IMG/VR virus record: IMGVR_UViG_3300025374_000001
Coordinates: 1-51,809 of that record
Direction: 5' to 3' (one strand)
DNA: 51,809 bases
From: a virus
Lineage: Duplodnaviria > Caudoviricetes
Position 1 is the first letter of the stretch; every line of letters begins with the position of its first letter. A program made the translations under genes and the position numbers. The notes below the pieces were generated by a model, which was not told the origin of the DNA, did not search any database, and saw only the letters and a program-made list of their open reading frames with translations. Of the stretch, positions 36,676-46,890 are shown one piece after another.

Positions 36676-39372
36676 TTACCTCTCTTCCTCGCCTGCATGT
36701 GTCTTGACTTCAGTAAGCATGTCTAGGATTCTGTCTTTATCCACGACACATGCGCCGTAGAGAGTTGGACGCGTGTCGCTGGTTATGACTTCGCCGCCTA
36801 GCTCTTCGCATAGGGTGCGTATGTTTACGTTTATTTCTGCCTGTATGGACTTGAATACCACGATCTTGTTATCTATCGTCATCCTGTGGTGAGGCAACAA
36901 GTTCTTCTCAATTGCCGTGTCGAGGAGTCTCCATGCCGCATATGAGTTACCATCCCGCAACGGACCGGCGAACCTGACTATGTAGTTGTACAGCCACGAT
37001 ATGTAGCGGTCGGTGGCTGACAACACGACTAGAGCCGACTCCTGCGGTCTCTCCATATCTATTGATATGCCAAGCACATCTGCTATTATCCTGGCGTACT
37101 CCTCAGCGCCGCGACGCATGTCGGGGTCGAGAACCACCTCTTTTACATCTTGCCAACGCTCCTCAGCATACTTCAGGTAATACGCGCCGAACTTGATCAA
37201 GTTCTGGCTAACAGACAACAACTCCCTGGCAAACACAGAGCGCCTATCTAGGTCGGGCAAGTCGCGGAACTGTATGACGTAGATTTTGTCAGCCAGTTCC
37301 GGGTCCTCCACCGTGAATGCGTTCGCCGTAAGTATCAGACCGGCTCTGGCGGGCCATTCCTCCCCCGTCGCAGTTTTCCACGCCGATGGGTTTGATATGT
37401 AACTCTTCAGCACGGCGTATACATCTTCTTTCTTGGAGACCCTCTCCACCTCGTCAAGGACGGCGAGAGTGGCTACTACGTCGTCCTGCAGGCGACCGAT
37501 ACGTGCGGGGTATATCACCGACGCCGCGCCTCTGAACAGTTTGTGAGTCGCCTTGGGGAAGAACGTCTGCAATAGCGTCTGCGCAATCGTGGTCTTGCCT
37601 GTCCCCTTAGGCCCAATGAAGGCAACTATCTGTGGACGCACGCGCCAGAGCTTGTGTGTGAAGAAGAAGTTTTGAAAGGCGCCATGGAAATATGCAGCTG
37701 AGGCGATTTTGTACCAGCGGTCCGAGGGCTGATATTTGCCGAACACCTCCAGCAAGTCTTCAAGTGCGCGTTTGGCGTCTCCTGGCGACGTTTCTGCGAC
37801 GACGCCTGTATCGAAGTAATCCCTCACCCCGCATGGGTATTTCTCATAATATGGCGAACAGACAAACCCACTTACAATATAGTCCACGCGTCGCGGGTAG
37901 TAGTCTATTATCACTTCCCAATTCGGCGAAACGCTTACCTGTCTCCTGGACAAGAGACGCTCAAGGACGTTTGGACGCGCCATGCTCAGCACCTCCTCTA
38001 TGTCTGCGCCAGGTATCTCCACCTTCGCCGATATGTACTCTGTGTCCAACTCTGCGTCTCTATATATCGTAAGCTCTTTGATGAACGCGTTTACGACTTT
38101 AGAGACGTTGTAGACGGAGTCTCCGTTTTCTGTCTGTTGTTCATTCCTCTTAACTTCTTTTTTCTCCACCTTGACAATCCCTTCCCGCGTGTTGCACAGT
38201 CTGACAAGTGGTTTGTTGACCACCTTCCTGTTCCTAACCATGCGCTTGTTTTTTATGACGACGCATACAGGTCTGCTGAATTCGTCGTGTGTAGACACCC
38301 CCAACGCGCTTAATATGTCGTCAAGTATTGTGGTGGATTCCTGCTCAGACATGCCCAACGCGCGACACGTCTTCGAGATGACTTCCTCAAGCTTTATTAT
38401 TCCCCAAACCTTCTGCGCCTTACCGCCGTAAATATAGTTAAACGTCTGTCGCCAATGCTCATCAATCGTCTTATCGCTGTCTAAGCCCTGCTGTTTAGCC
38501 CACTTAAAAAGTTGCGCAAGCACTTGTCTCAGTTGTTCGCCATCTATACAGCGCCTATATGCAGTGCCGACTACGGCATAGAGTATTTCGTCGTGGTAAT
38601 GTGAGCCGTCCTCTCGCTGAGCAGTCCACAGGACCTTGAGAGTCTCAAGCAAGAGTTCGGGATCAGCCATCTTGCGGAACTCCTTACATGTAACTACCGA
38701 GACTTCGCCAGGGGTGGCTGTCGCTGGACGTTTCACATTTGACAGGAGTTTTTTGAACTCTTCACACGACAAGATGACGCTATAGCCTGGGTAGTCGGTT
38801 TCTTTCCACCGCTCTCCGTCCCAGGCGACAAATACATATTTTACACCGCTTGGGTGCTGGCCGTATACTAATTGATAATTAGAATATAACAACTCGACCG
38901 CGCCTGCTCGAACCGTCGCGAATTCGCCTACACAGTCTCTCGGTACGCGCGTCACTATGTATAAGCCGCGCTTAACCTTGTCAAGTGGGATTGTCTCGTT
39001 TGTTTCCGTATTGATACACCTATTACCGTCGCATTTTACGACATGTTTGGGACGAGGCCCCGTTAACCCACAGAATGCGTCGGGTCCACTGCAGAGATAC
39101 TTCCGCCAATCACCGAAGATGTTGTTCAACTGCTTGTCAGTTTCGTCTGGGTCGTCAATGTCAAGTATGACGACAGCGTATTCTGGATTGGCATACCAAT
39201 TGCCAGTGATTGCAACAGCCCCTACTTTGTTGCCCAATTTCTTGATGTCGTCGGACGTGTATATTTTTTCCCGCGAATCCCACTTGCCAAGCGGCTGTTT
39301 ATTATTTCCTATAGGTACTATGTTGTACCCAAGCGTTTCAAGCACCTTAGCTACTTCCGCTATGTTGCTCAT
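36676..39372 (-). CDS. Primase-polymerase/helicase fusion (replication protein)
   Basis: N-terminal GYNIVPI..KQP..W, ILDIDD, HPSG..Y (prim-pol); C-terminal GPKGTGKTT, VLDE, ILTAN (SF3-like P-loop). Confidence 0.88.
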   Translation of the reverse strand: MSNIAEVAKVLETLGYNIVPIGNNKQPLGKWDSREKIYTSDDIKKLGNKVGAVAITGNWYANPEYAVVILDIDDPDETDKQLNNIFGDWRKYLCSGPDAFCGLTGPRPKHVVKCDGNRCINTETNETIPLDKVKRGLYIVTRVPRDCVGEFATVRAGAVELLYSNYQLVYGQHPSGVKYVFVAWDGERWKETDYPGYSVILSCEEFKKLLSNVKRPATATPGEVSVVTCKEFRKMADPELLLETLKVLWTAQREDGSHYHDEILYAVVGTAYRRCIDGEQLRQVLAQLFKWAKQQGLDSDKTIDEHWRQTFNYIYGGKAQKVWGIIKLEEVISKTCRALGMSEQESTTILDDILSALGVSTHDEFSRPVCVVIKNKRMVRNRKVVNKPLVRLCNTREGIVKVEKKEVKRNEQQTENGDSVYNVSKVVNAFIKELTIYRDAELDTEYISAKVEIPGADIEEVLSMARPNVLERLLSRRQVSVSPNWEVIIDYYPRRVDYIVSGFVCSPYYEKYPCGVRDYFDTGVVAETSPGDAKRALEDLLEVFGKYQPSDRWYKIASAAYFHGAFQNFFFTHKLWRVRPQIVAFIGPKGTGKTTIAQTLLQTFFPKATHKLFRGAASVIYPARIGRLQDDVVATLAVLDEVERVSKKEDVYAVLKSYISNPSAWKTATGEEWPARAGLILTANAFTVEDPELADKIYVIQFRDLPDLDRRSVFARELLSVSQNLIKFGAYYLKYAEERWQDVKEVVLDPDMRRGAEEYARIIADVLGISIDMERPQESALVVLSATDRYISWLYNYIVRFAGPLRDGNSYAAWRLLDTAIEKNLLPHHRMTIDNKIVVFKSIQAEINVNIRTLCEELGGEVITSDTRPTLYGACVVDKDRILDMLTEVKTHAGEEER

Positions 39373-39380
39373 ACCGTAGG

Positions 39381-39596
39381 TCAGTCGTCAGCTATGTCGA
39401 GCACAATAAGCTTGACCTTGCGACCGACGAAGTCGGCGATGCGTTTGGCATATCTGTCGTAGATGTAAATGCCGATGCGCTGGCCCGCAACTTTTGTAAC
39501 TGTCCCCTCCACGTATATCATCCCAACGACGTCGCGCAATTTTTGGGCAATTTCATCCTGGGCCATATGTGTCAGAAACCACATGTTTTTAACCAT
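39381..39596 (-). CDS. AbrB-like small protein
   Basis: GTVTKVAG.RIGIYI...GRKVKLIV. Confidence 0.6.
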   Translation of the reverse strand: MVKNMWFLTHMAQDEIAQKLRDVVGMIYVEGTVTKVAGQRIGIYIYDRYAKRIADFVGRKVKLIVLDIADD

Positions 39597-39690
39597 TACG
39601 TATGCATATCACGTTCTGTTACGTAATTCGAAATACAACTTAACGTATTTTGGCACTAAAAATTTAAGTACATCATGGATAAACAGATTT

Positions 39691-39960
39691 ATGCGTTACA
39701 AGGTTCGTTACAACTATAGAGTTGTGACATCGGCATTTTTTGCTAAAGTACTGTGTGAATCTGTTAAGCGTCTCGCTAAACTTGCCCCGGTTAAGTATAA
39801 ATGCAACGGCAACCGCGTCGTTATTTACGCCGACACTAGGGATAAAGCCGATATACTTGCAAAACTTATACAACAATATTTCTGTATCGTGTTGACCTAC
39901 AAATACCTAATACCGCACACCTTCTGTGAAATGTCTGTAGTCATCGAGGAGAACAAGTAA
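39691..39960 (+). CDS. Hypothetical protein (MRYKVRY...)
   Basis: 3' part of the 39469..39960 frame; first gene of the rightward cluster. Confidence 0.6.
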   Translation: MRYKVRYNYRVVTSAFFAKVLCESVKRLAKLAPVKYKCNGNRVVIYADTRDKADILAKLIQQYFCIVLTYKYLIPHTFCEMSVVIEENK

Positions 39961-39963
39961 CAA

Positions 39964-40221
39964 ATGTATGTAGTAAAGGCGCGGTCGCCGTTTGTGAAAA
40001 CGCTAGAAGACGTAGTCTCTAAGATATGTCGCGAGACCGGTGCCGAATGCGCCAAGGAGGGGGAGTGGTTCGTCATACCTGTCGCCAACGAGGAATATGC
40101 AAAGTACGTCGCATACGTAGTCACGCGGGCATTCCAGCGCAAGATGCTCTATTCATATGGAGTGCCATACCAAGTTATGCTAATTGATATTAGGGTAGAA
40201 CAGTTAAATAGCAACACCTAA
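39964..40221 (+). CDS. Hypothetical protein
   Basis: Operon packing; GAGG SD. Confidence 0.75.
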   Translation: MYVVKARSPFVKTLEDVVSKICRETGAECAKEGEWFVIPVANEEYAKYVAYVVTRAFQRKMLYSYGVPYQVMLIDIRVEQLNSNT

Positions 40222-40229
40222 CCGGGGAT

Positions 40230-40688
40230 GTGCGGATTGAGATAGAAGACGCGATGAAACCGTGGTTCTTTAGACACTATGACGTTGATCTAATACGTTA
40301 CACCTTGAGGATAAGGCCGCTTTGTCGCCCCACATTGATGCACTTGCTCTATTTGATAGACAGAGAGGTCTGTTTGAAATATGGTAGATATATGTACAAT
40401 TGGGAGATGACGTATACTGGCCCGTCGTCAAGCGATGTCTTAGACATCATCAACCACATGGTCAAGTACCGCTCAGTGGTGCCAAACATAGAGCTTGGTT
40501 TTGTCATCTACGAGTTGAAGTCTAATGCTCCGATAGAGTTGCCCGACGAGTTACGAACCATTGCAGACAAAGTGCTAGACACATGGGACCACAGGAAACT
40601 TGACGAACTAATGGAGTATGTACGGAGTCTAGACGAGGTAGGGGATTCAAAGTTGGGGGACCGTCTGTACTGTAAATCGAAAAAATAA
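40230..40688 (+). CDS. Panacea/DUF4065 (SocA-like) domain protein
   Basis: LMHLLYLIDRE..Y.W..YTGPSS.DV..DKVL..W..L.EL.EYV. Confidence 0.75.
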   Translation: MRIEIEDAMKPWFFRHYDVDLIRYTLRIRPLCRPTLMHLLYLIDREVCLKYGRYMYNWEMTYTGPSSSDVLDIINHMVKYRSVVPNIELGFVIYELKSNAPIELPDELRTIADKVLDTWDHRKLDELMEYVRSLDEVGDSKLGDRLYCKSKK

Positions 40689-40704
40689 AAAACATGGTTT
40701 TTCT

Positions 40705-41601
40705 GTGCTGTTAATGACAACAAAAAATGAACGTGTTCAACTCCTGGCTAAATACTCCCTCTTCAGGGGGCAACTGCCTCCAACGATAATCGATGCCTTG
40801 TGGCACAGCGCGTTTTCACACAAACGCAATCCATTTGCGCTCTGTTATCTACCACGCCTTGTCAGGGCGGACGAAAGCGAAAAAGTTGTTGCTTGTGAAT
40901 ATCTGAAACAGTTTGGACATACTAGAGAAGAGCAAGCGCGTAATTACTACTTGTGGGCGCAGACGGTGCCGACGACATTGTGGAGACACTTCAACATGCT
41001 TTCGCTCAGCGCGTTTACTGAAATCGTTTCGGATATGGTTCCACCGCTGTCGATTGCAAATATCATAATACATCTAGATGTCTACAAACACTTCAAAGAT
41101 GTCGTTATCCTTGACTTGTTTTCAGGCGTTTGTGGTTGGCTTATGGCTTTTGAGTTCATCCCTGACCACTACAAACCAAGGCGCTGGATAGCTGTAGATA
41201 TAGATGCTAAGCGTCTTCAAATATGTAGAGCCATATCACGTGACTTGGGCGTTGACGTCATAACTGTCAGGCGTGACTTATCTACTCCATTCATGTTCCA
41301 CGGTCGTGTTGATGTAGTCGTTGGTAGCCCACCATGTCATGAGTTTACTCGGTCAAAAGTTTCAACCATGCGTGACGTAGACAGCGGTTTGGTCTTGGTG
41401 AAGAGTTATCTAGAATCTGTTAACATGATTAATCCAACGTTGTCGCTCATGGAGGAATCTGCAACAACTGTAGAGGCAGAAAACACGCTTTCAAAACTAG
41501 CGTCACAATACGGCTTTAAACATGAGTTCTTCTCTCTGCGCGACTTCGGTGCAATACAGGCAAACAGGAGACGCCTAATAGCATGGCGGATAGCACAATA
41601 A
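40705..41601 (+). CDS. C5-cytosine DNA methyltransferase, circularly permuted
   Basis: LDLFSG.CG (I), GSPPC (IV), MEES (VI), QANRRR (VIII) at the C-terminus; motif X-like SDMVPP precedes motif I. Confidence 0.85.
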   Translation: MLLMTTKNERVQLLAKYSLFRGQLPPTIIDALWHSAFSHKRNPFALCYLPRLVRADESEKVVACEYLKQFGHTREEQARNYYLWAQTVPTTLWRHFNMLSLSAFTEIVSDMVPPLSIANIIIHLDVYKHFKDVVILDLFSGVCGWLMAFEFIPDHYKPRRWIAVDIDAKRLQICRAISRDLGVDVITVRRDLSTPFMFHGRVDVVVGSPPCHEFTRSKVSTMRDVDSGLVLVKSYLESVNMINPTLSLMEESATTVEAENTLSKLASQYGFKHEFFSLRDFGAIQANRRRLIAWRIAQ

Positions 41602-41602
41602 C

Positions 41603-42382
41603 ATGATAATCTATACCCGCCCACCGTATCCATCGTATATGACGCGCCCCGAGACAGCGTATCCATACATCTTAATCAACGCATACGATGAATCCACGTT
41701 ACGCTACGTAACACAACAGTCTGCGCCGTACATACGTTCTGTACTGCTTGATTCAGGTGTGCACAGCATATTCCACCGCCTTGAGCTTAAGGAGTATCCT
41801 GGAGACTACCAGGCATGGATAAACCGCGTCTACAACATGTGGAGACGCGTGACAACGCTTGTCACAGAAAGCTATGTTGTGATACCAGACTATCCTGCGG
41901 ACTACGAAAACAACCCAATCGAAGACAACGTCGAGAGGACGTTTCGGAATATAGAATACGCCGTTAAGAAGTATCCAAATACAAAATGGATAATCCCAAT
42001 CCAAGGCAAAAAAGACGACGTAGTGTCTGTAATTCGTTCTTTTGAATACATTAGAGATTTAGGCCTGATTGGGCGGTATAGGTACATAGCAATTGCGCCT
42101 ACATGTACCAAAAACTGCTCTCGTTTCTTACGAGACATAGGCGTCATCATATGGAGACGGGTTAAACAGATGAATGTATCGGTTAGGGTACACATGTTTG
42201 GTGTCACCATGAAGGCATGGCCTTACGTTGTTCAGTACATAGACTCAACTGATATTATAGTCGGCAACATCCAATGTAAGCCAATCATAGGAAAGATGTG
42301 TAGCAAAAAAAAGGAGAAAGATATGGTGTGGCGTCTCTTTCTATCAAAAGCGTCTAAGTTTATGGAGATCAATCGTCTCTAA
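41603..42382 (+). CDS. TGT/DpdA-like (guanine transglycosylase) protein 2
   Basis: LLDSG, IPDYP, PIQG, HMFG, DSTD. Confidence 0.82.
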   Translation: MIIYTRPPYPSYMTRPETAYPYILINAYDESTLRYVTQQSAPYIRSVLLDSGVHSIFHRLELKEYPGDYQAWINRVYNMWRRVTTLVTESYVVIPDYPADYENNPIEDNVERTFRNIEYAVKKYPNTKWIIPIQGKKDDVVSVIRSFEYIRDLGLIGRYRYIAIAPTCTKNCSRFLRDIGVIIWRRVKQMNVSVRVHMFGVTMKAWPYVVQYIDSTDIIVGNIQCKPIIGKMCSKKKEKDMVWRLFLSKASKFMEINRL

Positions 42383-42427
42383 CAACTTCGGTAACAATAC
42401 TTAAAAACCCGAAAAATCTTGTCTGTC

Positions 42428-42724
42428 ATGGAAACCAAAACTCAAATCAAACAATGTGAACAAAACCGGCTAGATTTGCGAGAGCTGATGGACAAAGTAC
42501 GTGAGAAACTACGGCTTGGAGTCGAGTTGGCTGACGGTAGTGTAGTTGCGGTGAATCTAAGCGTGTATCACTTCTCATACGCAAAGGTGTATGGGAACAA
42601 AGCTGAAGTGGTTTATGTTACTGGATGCGCTGACGTACACGTCGATGCTGTTATTAACGGCAGAGATGTTGAAATAGGTGACGTAAGACTATACAACTTG
42701 TGTAGCGATAAGTATGGCGTCTGA
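42428..42724 (+). CDS. Hypothetical protein (METKTQ...)
   Basis: CTTAAAAA box about 20 nt upstream, leaderless ATG. Confidence 0.75.
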   Translation: METKTQIKQCEQNRLDLRELMDKVREKLRLGVELADGSVVAVNLSVYHFSYAKVYGNKAEVVYVTGCADVHVDAVINGRDVEIGDVRLYNLCSDKYGV

Positions 42725-43097
42725 CCAGCTGTACAACACGTGCATATATGCGACTCAAGGAGATAAGCACTACTGCACTCAGGTGCTGAACACGCTCTCA
42801 AAACTGTCGCGTGAGAGAGCAGTGACGTACAGAAATGAACGTGGCGTACAACATGTAGTTGTGTTGCCTGACGACGATCAACCCGTCGTAGACATCGTCG
42901 CCGGGAAAGACAGAAACTTGATCGTCAAAATCAAAAGCAGGAGATATGTCGCATTGATAAGATATGTTTACGATGGACAATTCCGGCCCGTGCATGCGGT
43001 GGTTTCAAACCTAGAGGTCCTCAACATGTTGAATATGTACGTGTCGTTTGAAAATATTCTAAACGAATTCTTAGCTCGGTGGAGAGGATATGAATAG
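42714..43097 (+). CDS. Hypothetical protein
   Basis: Overlaps both neighbours in frame-coupled fashion. Confidence 0.75.
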   Translation: MASDQLYNTCIYATQGDKHYCTQVLNTLSKLSRERAVTYRNERGVQHVVVLPDDDQPVVDIVAGKDRNLIVKIKSRRYVALIRYVYDGQFRPVHAVVSNLEVLNMLNMYVSFENILNEFLARWRGYE

Positions 43098-44094
43098 TGA
43101 GTGTACCAGCTTACACGAAGCGGTTAAGCGTGGAGATGCGCGTTGCGTAGCTGATTTGTTGGAGAGCGGTTGGAGTCCCGACTACTTCGACGAGGACTAT
43201 GAAACGTCGCTACACTGGGTCGCGTACAAGGGCTATATCGACATTGCCGAACTACTGATTAAGCGCGGAGCCAGCGTCAATATGCGTAACAAACACGGTA
43301 TGACGCCGCTACACATAGTCGCTTACTTCGGAAATGTCAAGATGGCTGAGTTGCTGATCAAAAACGGAGCCGAGATAAACACCAGGGACGTGTTCGGAAT
43401 GACGCCGTTGCACAGAGCATGTTTGACAAACAAGCCAGAGGTTGTAAAGTTGTTAGCTGAAAACGGCGCGGACGTCAATATCGGCGACAAGGAGAACATG
43501 ACCCCCTTGCACTACGCCACGTATCACGGCTGTGTGGAATGCGCCAAAATATTGATAGGCTATGGGGCATACATCTACACAAAAGACAACCACGGGAGGA
43601 TGCCGATCCACGATGCTGCGGAAGGCGGGCATGTTGAAGTCATAAAGCTGTTAGTAGGCCTAGGCGTAAGTGTAAACGAGCGCACCAGCTACGGCGACAC
43701 GCCCTTGCACTTCGCCGTGATGCGTCGCAACACAGGCGCTGTTGAGCTACTGTTGAAACTCAAAGCAGACGTAAATGCGAAGAACAACAGGGGCTTGACT
43801 CCTCTCCACTACGCAACTGAGCGTGGGGCATTTGAGATAGCAAAAATGTTGATTGAACATGGCGCACGCGTAAACGAACAAGACCGTTTCGGAAGAACGT
43901 CGTTGCACATAGCAGTCGCCAACAACGACGACTTAATGATACGGCTGTTGATTGAAAACGGCGCCGATCCATGCATAAAGAACGACAGTGGCGAAACCCC
44001 ACTTGACGTGGCGTTTAAGTTGAAAAACTGCCACGCCGTGTTGGCGTTGCTAGAAACAAAATCCACATACAAGTGTATCCCCTCGAAAAACTAA
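43090..44094 (+). CDS. Ankyrin-repeat protein (about 10 repeats)
   Basis: 33-aa periodic G.TPLH.A...G....V.LL...GA.VN. Confidence 0.97.
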   Translation: MNSECTSLHEAVKRGDARCVADLLESGWSPDYFDEDYETSLHWVAYKGYIDIAELLIKRGASVNMRNKHGMTPLHIVAYFGNVKMAELLIKNGAEINTRDVFGMTPLHRACLTNKPEVVKLLAENGADVNIGDKENMTPLHYATYHGCVECAKILIGYGAYIYTKDNHGRMPIHDAAEGGHVEVIKLLVGLGVSVNERTSYGDTPLHFAVMRRNTGAVELLLKLKADVNAKNNRGLTPLHYATERGAFEIAKMLIEHGARVNEQDRFGRTSLHIAVANNDDLMIRLLIENGADPCIKNDSGETPLDVAFKLKNCHAVLALLETKSTYKCIPSKN

Positions 44095-44433
44095 ACTTTT
44101 TCCTTGGTTTTAATGTCGCTTTTTCATTATCTAAATATTCTTACAGCTTAGCGCTTTCTGTTTCCACGCCGTTTTTTGTTTTGGTTTGGTTGTCGTGTCT
44201 CTGTTGTAGTGTTTATATATCTACTGGTGTGTGTTTGGGGTGAATGTATATATGTTGGATGTGGCGTTGTCCAACGTCTGGTTTTTATGCTGGATGAGGG
44301 GGGTGGGTGAAACTTGTAAAAAAATTGTTTTTCGGCGGGGTGGAATGTATAGTTTCTTCTTGACGGAGTTTAGGGGGTTTCGTGTTTTTCTCTCTTTTTT
44401 TTCGTATTGGTTTTTTAATTAACATACTTCACG

Positions 44434-44867
44434 CTAGCCGCCGTGTGGGCAGTCGGGGGCTCTAGCCCCACCCCGCCTTGGGGCAGAGTCGGGCCGGCGC
44501 GCCTCACGGGGCGGGCAGCCTGACGGCACCCCGCCGCCAACCAGCCCCCGCCCTTGGCCGTCTGTCGCCCCGGCCCCGCGACGCCCTATTCGGCGACTGC
44601 GGGGAAGGCGCGGATCCCTCCCCCGGCGCCCCATACGGCACCGACGAGGTGGATCCGCGCGGGGCCCGGTCCCGGCGTCTTGGGTGTGGGTCCCATCCCA
44701 CGGCGGTCGCAGAGACCGCGGTGGGCACGCCAGGTGGGCGTATCGCCCCGCCAGGCTTGTCCCCCACAGCCCGCATCTGTGGGGAACCCGCCGGGGGTGC
44801 CCCCGTCATGGCCCTCGCGGGCTCGGGGCGGCCCTCTTTCTTCCCTTAGCCAGCGGCCCCGGGGGGC
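44434..44867 (-). ncRNA. Candidate large structured RNA, ITR copy 2
   Basis: Mirror of 6943..7376. Confidence 0.6.
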
Positions 44868-45000
44868 GATGTTCATCTGTACGAAGGTGTTTATAACAGT
44901 TGTCGTCGCGTCTTTGTCTGGTTGCGGTGGAGCGCGAAGACGCCGAACTGAATGTTTATATACGCAGATGTGCTTAAATACCTCGGTGGAGCTGTTGCCG

Positions 45001-45456
45001 ATGAATTTAAAAGACGTGGTCGCTATGGCGTTCTACCTCGCTGGCGGTCGCGTCGAGGGGCTTGCTAGACTTCAGGCGGTGATGTACATGCTACACAGGG
45101 AGACGTCGCTCGTCAATACATACTTCGAGACGTGGTGGGCTGTGCCGTGGAGCGAGGAGGTGGAGCAGGCAGTGGAGGAGCTCATACGCGGGGGGCTCCT
45201 CTCCACTGAGGTAGATGAAGTAGCAGGGGTGAAGACGTACGTCGCATCTAGACAGCTGATGGAGAGAGGCGCTGAGGTGTACAGAAAGATCGAGGAAAGG
45301 GATCCCTACGTCGCACGCCTTATGAAACTGGCAGTCGCCTACGGTATGTCTCTGTCGCTCAGCAAGCTGTTGCTCAGCATAAGGCTGGCGTATCCAGACG
45401 TTGCGCGAAACGGAATACAGTGGATGCCGTTGTCCTGCGTCGCGCACACCCCCTAA
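45001..45456 (+). CDS. Panacea/DUF4065-like protein, ITR copy 2
   Basis: Mirror of 6354..6809. Confidence 0.65.
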   Translation: MNLKDVVAMAFYLAGGRVEGLARLQAVMYMLHRETSLVNTYFETWWAVPWSEEVEQAVEELIRGGLLSTEVDEVAGVKTYVASRQLMERGAEVYRKIEERDPYVARLMKLAVAYGMSLSLSKLLLSIRLAYPDVARNGIQWMPLSCVAHTP

Positions 45457-45512
45457 AAACATGCGTGTTTTTCAGCCCCGGGGCGGGGGCCTGTGGAGCC
45501 AGCGGTTGCGCG

Positions 45513-46502
45513 TCACCTGGAGCTCACCAGCGTGAGGAGCCACTTGTCTCTCCGTCTGTCTCTTACTCTCCCCATATGCAACGTGCGCTCAAACGTCTCC
45601 ACGACGTATCTGTCTCTGGTCAGCACGTCGCTTATCAGCTCGTACGTCTCGCGGTCCAGCTTGAGGAGAAATGCGCCTCTTATCTGAGTCAGTATCAGCG
45701 CCATTTCGCGCAGGTCGCTTACTGTGAATTTAATGTCGTAGGTTTCTGCGTCGCGACCGACAAACGGAGGGTCGAGATAAAACACTGTATTTTCGGAGTC
45801 GTACTTCTTAATGACGTCTCTGAAGTCCAAATTCTCTATCACCACGTCCTTCCACCTCTCAGCGTACTTCAGTATAGACGCGACTCTCGACCTATACGCC
45901 CTGGCTTCGTTATTGTGCGGGTTGACGGAGTAGGCGAAACCGCGCATGTCGTATGTACCGAAGAACGACGCATTAAGCGCATAAAACGCCAGAGCTGCAA
46001 CCACAAACGGTGCAAGGTCTTTGCCTTCCCGCAACAGCTCCTTGATGATTCCATGGAAGACGCGAGAGTAGGGCAGGAGCGACGCCACGAAGGCCAGACG
46101 CTCCGGGCTTTCCTTCACGTGTCTGTAAAGGGCGACCAGCATGTTGTTTATGTCGTTGTAGACGACGTTGCCGAACTTCTGTCTACTCACCGTCTGCGAC
46201 ATGTAGCCACTACCACCGAATACCTCGACAAATGTGCACCTCTTGGGACACAGTCTCTCGATCCTCGGGTGCAACAAGTCTGCAATGTGGAAGTCGCTAC
46301 CGGGAACCTTAACCACCTTAAACGCGCTACTTCCGTCTGCCAACTGCTCGACGTAACGTCGCAACTCCTCGACGTCCCTGCCAAGATAGCAGGCGGTCCT
46401 CCTCCCGCCTTCATGGTGGTCAACTCTCATGTAGTATCTGTCGCGGACCCTTACCTTAGTCAGATAGCCAGGTTTCCCGCAACGCGGACATGCAACCTTC
46501 AC
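45513..46502 (-). CDS. Dam/D12-class adenine methyltransferase, ITR copy 2
   Basis: Mirror of 5308..6297. Confidence 0.9.
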   Translation of the reverse strand: MKVACPRCGKPGYLTKVRVRDRYYMRVDHHEGGRRTACYLGRDVEELRRYVEQLADGSSAFKVVKVPGSDFHIADLLHPRIERLCPKRCTFVEVFGGSGYMSQTVSRQKFGNVVYNDINNMLVALYRHVKESPERLAFVASLLPYSRVFHGIIKELLREGKDLAPFVVAALAFYALNASFFGTYDMRGFAYSVNPHNNEARAYRSRVASILKYAERWKDVVIENLDFRDVIKKYDSENTVFYLDPPFVGRDAETYDIKFTVSDLREMALILTQIRGAFLLKLDRETYELISDVLTRDRYVVETFERTLHMGRVRDRRRDKWLLTLVSSR

Positions 46503-46769
46503 GACACGCAGATATCACCGCCTTTTATGCCTTTCCACTAAATTTAATGAAAAAGCCCCCGCCGAACCTCCTGCACAGCGCCACACACGCAGACCTGCAA
46601 CAGCCGTCCCACAAAACCGACCCAAAGCTTAAAAATATGCGCGTTTCTCAACCAAGGGGCGGGGGCCTGGTCCAGGCGCCAGCCAGCGACATGCGCGACG
46701 CGCAGGCTCACGCCCGGCCCCGTCCCGACGCCAGGCGAAAAGCTTTTAAGCTGGGGACTCCTCCCACCT

Positions 46770-46890
46770 CAGTACCGCGGTCCCGGCGGATGGGTTCCTC
46801 TGCCTGCCAGGCCCGACCCGCCAGCGCCAAGCGGGTGGGCGGGGCAGGGGGCCGTCGGGGGCCCCCGGGGGCTCATCCTCATCTGCGCAG
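46770..46890 (+). ncRNA. Candidate small structured RNA, ITR copy 2
   Basis: Mirror of 4920..5040; promoter at 46735-46750. Confidence 0.45.

Noticed and set aside
46800-46830. SRP RNA helix 8 similarity (GCCAGGCCCG)
   Set aside because: Lacks the following GAAGGGAGCA and the rest of the SRP architecture.
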